A stretch of DNA of 64,000 nt from Haliotis rufescens (taxonomy: Eukaryota): the NCBI RefSeq assembly GCF_023055435.1, contig NW_025964223.1, forward strand, positions 50,282,001 through 50,346,000, read 5' to 3'. Each line of letters begins with the position of its first letter. Within the stretch, counting starts at the first letter, position 1. Both the position numbers and the translations under genes were made by a program. Under the pieces are notes generated by a model that saw only the letters and a program-made list of their open reading frames with translations, made no database searches and was not told where the DNA came from. Positions 15,601 through 27,600 of the stretch are shown here, piece by piece.

Positions 15601-18600
15601 GCAAATAATATCCCCCAACTGTACATGTCGATGGTCGACCTGGTCTCTTGTACAGTTGACGGCTATTTGAAGCTGACCTTATTCATATCTATGTTGTGAA
15701 TGGGTGCATCATGTTCCAGTAGGATTCGGCATGCCTTCAAACATCCTTTGGATGCTGCCAGATGCAGGGGGGTCGACTCATCATAAAGTCTCTTCCTAGA
15801 AACCAAAGAAGGAAGTATGTGAGAATGAGTTTCTCTCAAAGAGATTTCTGAGAAAGGGGTTCATCAAAAAAGTTTCTCAGAAAGGGGTTCACAAAATAGT
15901 TTCTCAGAAAACAGTTCAGTAATAGGTATTGAGGACAGACAAGAGGTAGACTTTTGTGAAAAATAGGTTCTGACAATAGGAAGACGAGGTTTGTTCTATA
16001 TTGCTTCTCAAATCTTGCAGAAGTGTGTTAGATACTGCCTCAGAGAACTGACATAAGAAATGAGTCAAATATTGCTCTGATAACTGAAAAAGAGGGCTGT
16101 CAGAAATAGGCATGCTATATGAACATAATTTATTTATATAAGCTATAAAGTAACAACTCTTTATGGAGATGAGTCATTAAAAACAAATAAGTTTTTTTCT
16201 GTTAAATTCAAACTCTTTGATCCGAGATCAGTGCCCTTCAAGTGTCGATTTCATGAGCTTTTTAAAGAAATAGACCTATAATTGATCATCATGACATTTT
16301 TAATGTCGTCTATTTTGTCCCCTTCCCTTTGAATGTTAATCAGGCAAATATAGAACAAATATATTTGCCAAGCTTTTTATCAAAATGGTCAATTAGATTT
16401 TAAAAGAAATACTGCTAATTAACACGTCTGTCCTCCCTGACCTATAACAACACAAACCACATACATGGTAACATCTGCTCCTAACTCCAGGAGTAGTGTC
16501 ACTGCCTTGTCATGCCCCTGCATGGCTGCCAGATGTAGGGGAGTGTTGGAGATCGCATCCCTGTCATTGACTGACGACTTGTCACGCTTCACCAACTCTC
16601 TCACAATGCTGAAAGACCAAGAAACAGTTTCTTGATTAATCAACACATTGACTTAGTATCTTAGATTTTCGACCACGTTTCTAGGTTCCTTTTTTATTCG
16701 TGAACACTTGTACACATAACCATCACGAGTACTGAAGGTACAGTTCCAGCCTGATTAGAACTGTTTCACTGAAGTCGAAAAGGTAACAGTCAAAGGTGTT
16801 TCGCGAACATCTGGTGTCATTTTCAGTGATCCATTTATGTAATGTTCACCTCTAGTTTTCCTCTTGTCTCATCATGTAATCGCTAAACTGAGGGACTAAA
16901 AGGGAATACAGAGATGTTTCTGATGTCATGGGCGTGAAAGGCTCGGTTTAAACCACTGGCATTGTGGCCCCAATGGGTTAAGAGTCTGTACGCTGTATAT
17001 ATGCAACATTACTTCCTGCAAAAGTAGTTACCTTATCCTGCCACACTTGGCAGCGAGGTGTAATGGTGTCTGTTGGTCTTCATTCCTGCTGCCGAGAAGA
17101 GCTCCATTCTCAAGTAATGTCTAGAAAATAAGGATGAGCTGAAATGTTTCTCGGAAAAGAGTTCAAGGAAACACACACCCCAACAATTTTTCTGGGGTAC
17201 ACATACTGAGAAAGCAACAAACTACACAAAGAATTCGAAGTCGCAGTTGAATATAATAGCGGCGATCTGGTAAGAAACCAACATGACATTGGACTTACGT
17301 CCCTTCCTTCTCATGTGTTTACGACATACAACTGGACAACCGGTTCCAAAGAACTGCTCAATGCTCTATCACCCCAGCATTCAACTTTGCATTATTTGTA
17401 TGGCTGCTTTGGGGGAAGTTTAAACCATCATTTTATGTGTTTTTCATTCACATTAGTGTACTTTGTTTATCTTTTCATGAAGACAACATACAGCACATAT
17501 TTTTTTCTTAATAAAAATATATTTCCTTTCTTTCTATATTATATACAAATATATTACAAATAGTGCTTTTACCAATCAAATACCCTTTAAATTATCTCTG
17601 TAATAAAAACTACTTCACAATTATTTTTCTATGATAAAAACTTGTTTACATTTTACACTGCAAGTATACTTCAGTTTATCTCTCTATGATAAAACATGGG
17701 GCCTTTAAGATTTTAACAATGCAATCATACCTCAATGTAAAGAAAACCTACCACATGTTAATTTATATTTTATGACGAATTGCTAATCTCTGAGATGAAG
17801 GATGGAAGCCTATCTTACCACTAGGATCTCGCTGTAACCTTCCTGAGCTGCAACATGCACAGGATTGGTGACATAGCTTTCATTTCCATGGATCATCCGC
17901 TTCACGTTTGGGTAAGACAACAGTTTCTAGAAAACAATTTATTTTCAACTGCAGATTGTACACCTCTAATACCCTATAGGTGTACCAGAGGCGTAAAAAA
18001 TATTTTAACCAATATTTACAAATATGTTTCTGTACAACAACTTTATATGAATATTGACATGTTCTGTATAATTAACTTATCTTTACTCTTGAACAAAGAT
18101 AGGATTTTTATGATATTTGGCTAAATGTAATACGCAGGTATATGTTTTCTCCTTAATGTGTACAAGTAAAAAGTGATATTCATCCTCGATAGCTAGGATA
18201 TCGCAAAACTTGCATTATCGTTCTGTTCTCTCAGAACTTTAGTATATCGCCCACTCTCGTTTGAGAGATCATGAGAGGAACATCTAAATCCTGACAAAGC
18301 AATACCATATGTGTTTTCTTATGTCCACTACATAATGAAGTAATAACAGTCAATGCTTTTAATTTATCGATGTAGATAAAACAAAAAGCTGTCGTTACAT
18401 TCTTCAGATTTCTGAGAAGAATTCTAATAAGGGGAATGGGTGTTTATGAATTTCGATTCCAGAAGAAAAATCATAACTAACCCTCAGCACTGGAGCTTTG
18501 TTTTCTTCCGCTGCCAGGAAGATGACGGTTTTGTCGTTCTTGTCGACAGCAGTGTAATCTGCACCTTTCTGTAACAAGAGCTCCACAGTCTCGACGTGAC

Positions 18601-21600
18601 CGTATTTCACAGCCAGCAGAAGGGGGGTGTAGTTGTCTTTGTCACGTCGATTAATCTTTGCACCGCTGTAACCACGGAAGCATAGCTTGTTTAACGTGTT
18701 TACCAGCACAATACCAGCAACCGGCACTACTTTCAATATTATTGACAGAGCAGTTATGTAGATTTGAAGAAGCTTGTGTTGTGAAGTAGGAAAGAAATGG
18801 TCTGACGAAGCCTTGATGGGAGATGTTGCTTAGGGTCTAGTTGTCTAATAATCAACAAGTAGAATAGGTCTTCAGCAACCCATGCTTGCCGTAAAAGGCG
18901 ACTATGCTTGTCGTAAAAGGCGACTAACGGGATCGGGTGGTCAGACTCGGTGACTTGGTTGAGGCATGTCATCGATCCAAATTGCGTGGATCGATGCTCA
19001 TGATATTAATCACTGGATTGTCTGGTCCAGACTCGATTATTTACAGACCGCCGTCATATAGCTGGAATATTGCTTAGTACGTCGTAAAACAACAAACAAA
19101 CAAACAAACCAATAATCAATAATATTTCTTTTTCTCAAATATTGTAATTTTGTTGGTTGCCCTTTAACTATTAAAAACTACACTATGCCAATAGCACGAT
19201 GCTTGTTACAATTCACAAAGACCAATTCAAAGTGGTGGTTACTATTTTTTGCCGGTTTCACAATAACAAATCAAAGTGGACGTTTAAGTCTTACCTAAAT
19301 AGTTTAAAGAAGTTGGTTAATGTTTATTGGTATTTTGATTTATCTTAAGTTGTAATGGTCACTTGCTTTGATGACCTGTTCATACAATGTCCAGGTGTCT
19401 TACACTCCGGTTAGAATATAGGTCCCTAGCAACGTATGCTTGTCCTAAGAGGCGACTAAGACTCGTGGACTTGGTAGATTGTATGTCATCGTATCCTAAA
19501 TTCGCAGATCGATGCCATTGATGTTAATCACTGGATTGTCTGTTCCAGATTCGATTATTCACAAACCGCCGTGATATAGCTGAAATATTTCTGAATGCGA
19601 CGTTAAACAACAAGCAAATACATTGTTATATCGTATGTGTTTATAATTATAAGATGCTCACTTGTTTCAAAGAACTGTGGTGGATAATGTCATTCCAACA
19701 AAAGAATCAAGATGGCTTACTGATCAACAAGATACTTCACAACATCCAGACGACTGAACACAACTGCTTTGTGTAATGGAGTTGCCTGTTCGTAATTCAA
19801 CACATCAATACGGGCCTTGTGTTCCACCAGCAGCTTGACATTCCGGATGTCTCCTGACATGGCGGCCAGATGGAGAGGATGAATGTCGTGTTTCCGGGGT
19901 TTATTCACATAAGCACCTGCAGAACATCAGAAGACTCAGTGACGCCTTGTTCATGTGGGAATTGAGGCCCATCACAGACCACACAATTTTCCAAACTATT
20001 TCTTGCATTGAATTTCTTCTTAAATTTACATAAATAATAACAAAGTTGTTTTCCAAAATATCAGGAGTGAGTGTATGTTGTTTAACACGCCAGCATTATT
20101 TCCGCAATATCACGACAGTCGGCAATAATCAAGTCTGGACCAGGCACACCAGTGGCAGTAAACATAAGCCACGATCCACGCCATCGGGTTACAAATGCAT
20201 ACAATCGGACATTCAAAGACGCATCCGGGGATAGATTTCAAACTACAGATGTTTTCAATGCATACTTAAGTTGACCCACCTTTCTTTAAGCAGAGTTTGG
20301 CCACATCATAATGTCCGTTGTCTACCGCCAGATGGAGGCACGTGTTCATTTCCACGTCTGTATCTGTCACCATCTACATGAGGAACACAGTATGTAATAA
20401 TATAAATGTTTCATGTTTCAGTTCTAAAGTCACTTTTAAAGAAATCCAAGACACATAAAAGGCAGCATTTTATATAATCAATGTTTTATGAGCTAATCCA
20501 CTAGGGAAAATTACAACTAGAGATAAGTGTTACGAACAGTGACATATTGTGTGTGACATACATATGTCCTTTGATTCTTAAATAACAAACTTTATTTCAC
20601 TGACCGATTACATTTACTTTGTGATTTGGGTATTAGTTTAGAATAACCATAAAATATGGGGAAGTTTGTCTTGTTGCAGTTTGCAAAATTAAGAACTGGG
20701 GTTACAAGATTAGATTCCCATGAATAATGAGATTTAGATATGTGCCTACCGTGCATCAAAAGTATGATCTGACATAGTTTAAGCTAAAGTTCTTTAGAGT
20801 ATAGTGTTTGTAGAGTTTGTATTTTTTAAGTACTCATACTGGAGTGACTGCAGTATTTCCGATTCTGAGCATGGCCTTGGTGAGAGTCACTCACACTTGT
20901 AAGCGTCACCCAGCCACCCGCATCACGCGCTCCAACATCAAACAACATCTGCGCAAAGGAGACGTTTCCCGTTGAACACGCATGATGCAGCGGTGTGGAC
21001 ATCTTCATGTCTATGCATCGCAGGTTGGCACCCGCCTCGATCAACATGACTGCCACGCCCTCCTGGCTGTGTATGGCTGCCACGTGGAGGGCTGTGAAAA
21101 GCTGCTTGTCTTCAGCCTGCCAACCACATATACAAATGTGAAATAATACCAATGTCACAACAGCAACTGTAAAATTGTGTAATGATTTCACGACTACCAT
21201 ACACTTTTCCTGAATTAATAAATAGTGCCTCGACTCTGTAGCTCACCTTCGTAAGTAGTCAACACTGTAAAATGTCAAGAATGACATGCATTTATCATTA
21301 GCTTCTGTCAGCATTGATACTTAAATATTCAGGTGCTGATGATTGCCATTTCCAACCTTTTGAGATAACCATGTTTCGGAAAAGTCAACTGAATGTGTAT
21401 TAGCCACTCACATGAACTTGATTTCCTGCAAGGCTCAGCAGATATCTGACAGCAATTTCATTCCCGCTCATGGCAGCAAGATGTAGAGGTGTCTGTCCAT
21501 AGATGTCCCTGACATCGACTTTGGCACCATTCTTGATCAGGAACGATACACAGCTGTCTCCAGAGTTATTCACGGATTGAAGGAGGCCAGTGGCTGTAAT

Positions 21601-24600
21601 CTGGCAACAGCCAAAGACAAATGTGTATGTAAGCATATAGACATGCTTTTGTACATGTTGAATCAAAATTCTTTGAAGAATATTATTGAAACCATTGATT
21701 TGATCATCAATGCAAAATGTCAACTTGGTTTCAGAGGAGATGTCAAAATATGTTTAGTTCTTTTGATTATGGAAAGGGTTTTGTCGCTTTTATTTGTACA
21801 CGCTACATCTACCGTGAATGCATGCGATCCCTTACCGACCCGCTAATTTAACTTACAAATGAAGCCATGGCCTGGTTTCAGCGAGAGGGAAGCCAGTGAG
21901 TGCTGAGATGAATGTGCGCTCAGATTTCATCGCAAAAGCGGCAATATCTCTCTTGTAACATGTGCAACATCCTTGCTGTCATCTACACATTACTTCAATA
22001 TCAAACAATGTAGAATTTACACAAAATGCAGGACATTTGACTACCGAGAGATGTAATCGGCCTCATTCCATTACTTGAGTAACAATGGACACCCGTGACT
22101 ACTTGACCACTTATCGGCTCAATGTAATCACGGGTGGACACCCGTGACTACTTGACCACTTATCGGCTCCATGTAATCATGGATGGACACCCGTGACTAC
22201 TTGACCACTTATCGGCTCTATGTCATCATGGATGGACACCCGTGACTACTTGAGGTGAGGTGAAATGGGGTTTAACGTCGCGTCGAAGATTATTGCACTT
22301 ATATAGCGACGTGCATGAACGTGTATGTGTTTGTGGGGCTGCTGGTACTAGTCCGGACTGATGCCGATTTATAGTGCTAGCTCACTGAGATACCATGCCG
22401 CAGTTTAACATGAATACCCCACTCAGACACAGTATACTGACTCCAAGCCGACCAGTCCTTGTTGTCGAGCGCCAGACAGGGTAACAACAAGTACCATCTT
22501 TTAACGTCTTTTGGTATGACGCGGCCGGGGATCGAACCCCGGACCTTCCGCTCTCCGGGCGGACGCTCTACCACTAGACCACGGAGGCGGTCCGTGACTA
22601 CTTGACCACTTATCGGCTCTATGTACTCATGGGTGGACACCCGTGACTACTTGACCACTTATCGGCTCTATGTACTCATGGGTGGACACCCGTTACTACT
22701 TGACCACTTATCGGCTCTATGTACTCATGGGTGGACACCCGTGACTAATTGACCACTTATCGGCTCTATGTAATCATGGATGGACACCCGTGACTACTTG
22801 ACCACTTATCGGCTCTATGTACTCATGGGTGGACACCCGTGACTACTTGACCACTTATCGGCTCTATGTAATCATGGATGGACACCCGTGACTACTTGAC
22901 AACTTATCGGCTCTATGTACTCATGGGTGGACACCCGTGACTACTTGACCACTTATCGGCTCTATGTAATCATGGATGGACACCCGTGACTACTTGACCA
23001 CTTATCGGCTCTATGTACTCATGGGTGGACACCCGTGACTACTTGACCACTTATCGGCTCTATATACTCATGGGTGGACACCCGTGACTACTTGACCACT
23101 TATCGGCTCTATGTAATCATGGATGGACACCCGTGACTACTTGACCACTTATCGGCTCTATGTAATCATGGATGGACACCCGTGACTACTTGACCACTTA
23201 TCGGCTCTATGTACTCATGGATGGACACCCGTGACTACTTGACCACTTATCGGCTCTATATACTCATGGGTGGACACCCGTGACTACTTGACCACTTATC
23301 GGCTCTATGTAATCATGGATGGACACCCGTGACTACTTGACCACTTATCGGCTCTATGTAATCATGGATGGACACCCGTGACTACTTGACCACTTATCGG
23401 CTCTATGTAATCATGGATGGACACCCGTGACTACTTGACAACTTATCGGCTCTATGTACTCATGGGTGGACACCCGTGACTACTTGACCACTTATCGGCT
23501 CTATGTAATCATGGATGGACACCCGTGACTACTTGACCACTTATCGGCTCTATGTACTCATGGGTGGACACCCGTGACTACTTGACCACTTATCGGCTCT
23601 ATATACTCATGGGTGGACACCCGTGACTACTTGACCACTTATCGGCTCTATGTAATCATGGATGGACACCCGTGACTACTTGACCACTTATCGGCTCTAT
23701 GTAATCATGGATGGACACCCGTGACTACTTGACCACTTATCGGCTCTATGTACTCATGGGTGGACACCCGTGACTACTTGACCACTTATCGGCTCTATAT
23801 ACTCATGGGTGGACACCCGTGACTACTTGACCACTTATCGGCTCTATGTAATCATGGATGGACACCCGTGACTACTTGACCACTTATCGGCTCTATGTAA
23901 TCATGGATGGACACCCGTGACTACTTGACCACTTATCGGCTCTATGTAATCACGGATGATGGAGGAACGTAATAGTCACACCCCTCTAAGTATAAGTATA
24001 TTGACGATGCAGATGAATGAATGATATGACAAAGCACCTGACACAGCTTACCCCAACCATGCATAATACCCAGAACAAATTCATCTAAGAGAATTATAAA
24101 ATTTTGGAAAAAATGCTGTGTTGATAGTGTTTCATTCTCGTCGCAAGTGTAAATTTTCACATCTGAACACATTTTAGCTAACTTAGAGTTCAAAAGGAAA
24201 TCAACAACTACCCAAGTTGATTGATAATTTCTGTTTCTGTTTGTCAGCAATATTCCAGCTATATGACGGCGGTCTGTAAATAATCGAGTCTGAACCAGGC
24301 AATCCAGTGATCGACATCATGAGCATCGATCCACGCAATTGGGATCGATGACATGCATCAACCAAGTCAGCGAGCCGGTTAATAATTCACAAACTGAACT
24401 ATTAACAAATGCGGATGTACAGATACGGTGGCATTACCTCAAATCATCTGTATCCGTGAAGATCTGGGGTAGAATAGGTCTTCAGCAACCCATGCTTGCT
24501 TTAAAATATGACTATGCCTGTCGTAAAATGCGACTAACGGGATCGGGTGGTCAGGCTCGCTGACTTGGTTGATGCAACAAACCAACCAACCCATACAAAT

Positions 24601-27600
24601 CATCTGAACATGCTCAATACAATTCAAGTGTACTGTACACAAGATCCTTGTGATATTACTTCCTGCAGTAATATCTGAACTTCTATTTTACGACTTGGGT
24701 ATTTGTTGTATTGTAAAATGCGGTTCTGTTGAAGGAGTGTGTAATGTACACGTGGACAAGAATGTTTAACTAGTGAAATTATCTGCTGGTATGTTCTGTT
24801 AGCCCTGTGTGTTATTGGAGTTGTTCATGCATTTCTGTACATTTATACACATACACATTATATCAGTATTGTGAACATTACATATTATTGGTATCTTATT
24901 TTAGGTGAAAATCTTGACCTAGGTAGATCGCATATTATACATAAGAGGACAGCACTCACATTTCCTTCACCTGACTCCCCTTCTTCAGAGCTGTTCGTCT
25001 CCTTCCTCTTGATCTTTCCCTTGTGGTATTGGGCTGCGGTGTGGAGGGGGGTGATGTCTTCGTTACCTCTCATGTTGGGGTCTGACAAATCAAGTTAGTC
25101 AACAGAGTACTCTAACCTAAGTAGTGTGTCTCGTCTGACCTAATCGACCCGTGAAGATGCGGGTAGAATAGGTTTTCAGTAACCCATGCTTGCCGTAAAA
25201 GGCGGCTGTGCTTGTCGTAAAAGGCGACTAAGGGTATCGTTAGGTCAGGCTCGCTGACTTGGTTGATGCATGTCATCGTATCCCAATTGCCTGGATCGAT
25301 GCTCATGATTTCAATCACCGGATTGTCTGGCACAGATTCGATTATTTACAGACCGCCGTCACATAGCTGGATTATTGCTGAGTGCGGCGTTAAACAACAG
25401 ATAACAAAAGAAAACATCTGCCCTTCTACATATTATATTCACTGCCTTTGACAGTGTGATCTGCATGAAGACCCGGCGGAGAACCTATTCCATCAATATC
25501 CATTATCACAGACAACTTTACAGCTATATTGCTGCTGGCATGTGTAGAGGGCTAGCTCGAGGTGGGATAAATGGACATTAGCCCAATAGATAGGTCAAAT
25601 TGGAGTAAAACTCTGAGATATATGAGGGAAGAAAATTATCAGACATGTTTAAGTGGTTTGCAGTTAGATTTTTTCTCTCTCTCATGCTTGAGGGTATTAT
25701 CTTTTGTCATAAGCTAGTACATACATGAAGCTAGGAATGGCTACAGTGAATGCAAACAGCACCTTCAAGAGAAAATGCAAATCAGCTTGGGTCAAAGACT
25801 TGCTCATGTTCAGATATTACAAGAACACTTCCTGAAAACTTCTGTGTCATGCATTTTTGCCTAACCTATCATTTCATCTTCGTTTACAATTATCATGGTC
25901 AAGTTCTCAGTCTCATGAACACGATTTCTAAAACGTTACGTCATTTCATCATGCAGATCCTGTGAGCTTTGTCATTCCTTGTCCTATTGGGATAACCTGC
26001 CACATGATTGCGGGACCATTGTTTTACTGGGGACCAAATGATACAGCATAGCATAAACAATGCATGTAGCCATTTGATTACTGGAGAAAAAAATGTGTTA
26101 ATTAGCAATATACAGTGAAATCTCATCACCATCAGACAAGGATTTCTTTAAAATCAATTTTAAAAAATTGCTTACAGATTCCACTGACACTAAAACATAA
26201 AATAATAAAAATTAAAATAAGAGAAGTACTTTTTGTAATGAAGGCACGTTTACTTTAATAAATTAATGCATGCAGCAGGTTAAGCTGCAAGTAGATGGGC
26301 AACATATTTAGCATCTTTTTGAAGAAGGATAAATCATCTGAAATATATTTATTGTTATTGCATTTGCCATCTACAGAAAATGATTCTTCACACAAAAGAT
26401 CCCATAACCAAGAAATAAAAAAGGTGTGGCATTATGAACATGGGTGTATCACTTTTCACCAAATCTGGGTTAACAAAACAGTTTGAGACATCTTTATAGC
26501 GAGCGGCGTCGTGCAGCAGAGTCAAGTCTTATAACAATACCTGCACCAGCCTCCACCAGCTGCTTGACCACACTGAGATGGTTGTAGCGAGCGGCGTAGT
26601 GCAGGGGAGTCAAGTCTTATAACAATACCTGCACCAGCCTCCACCAGCAGCTTGACCACACTGAGATGGTTGTAGCGAGCGGCGTAGTGCAGTGGAGTCA
26701 AGTCTTATAACAATACCTGCACCAGCCTCCACCAGCAGCTTGACCACACTGATATGGTTATACCAAGCGGCTTAGTGCAGTGGAGTCAAGTCTTATAACA
26801 ATACCTGCACCAGCCTCCACCAGCAAATTGACCACACTGAGATGGTTGTAGCGAGCGGCGTAGTGCAGTGGAGTCAAGTCTTATAACAATACCTGCGCCA
26901 GCCTCCACCAGCAGCTTGACCACACTGAGATGGTTGTAGAGAGCGGCGTAGTGCAGGGGAGTCAAGTCTTATAACAATACCTGCACCAGCGTCCACCAGC
27001 AGCTTGACCACACTGAAGTGGTTGTAGCGAATTGCGTAGTGCAGGGGAGTCAGGAATTTGTGGTCCAGTGCATTCACTTTCTTCTTGAGGAGGCCACTGA
27101 TGCCCTGCAGAGCAGTCTGCATGTTAGACTCGTCTCCATATCTGGCACACTGGAGGGAAGTGGTTAACATAATATTTTGCTTAGTTCAACAACATGAGTG
27201 TTATAATACTGGTTACACTGACAACAATAATTAAGTATGCGTGTATTCGTGTTATTTCGTCGCAGGTGGTCAGAATACAGATCATTTTTTCACTTTCACG
27301 AAGATGTTTGAAATCACATTGCTTATACTAACTAATACTTACTTATAGATTTCGCAACTATTGCGTTGAGTACTTTGTTTTCATGACTTGGTCATTATTT
27401 CTCAGAGAATGAAGTGCATAGACGATTGGACCATGTACAATGTATCAGGGCCTTTTGGATGTAACTATTGCAAAACCGTTAGTATTAGTATGACAAGAGC
27501 CCCTGCTCACACAATATGCAAATTCACTGTGTTTATTCAAATTAATATCAATGCCTATCATTTTTAAGATTTAAGTTTTGTTTGTGTGTTGTTGTTTTTT

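Noticed and set aside
22086-23958. CRISPR-like array
   Set aside because: Head-to-tail repeats with no unique spacers, no cas genes, and an animal intron context.
26968-26980. 13-nt GT..AG micro-introns joining all ankyrin units
   Set aside because: Far below the minimum spliceosomal intron size for typical animals, and unit 3 contains TAA.
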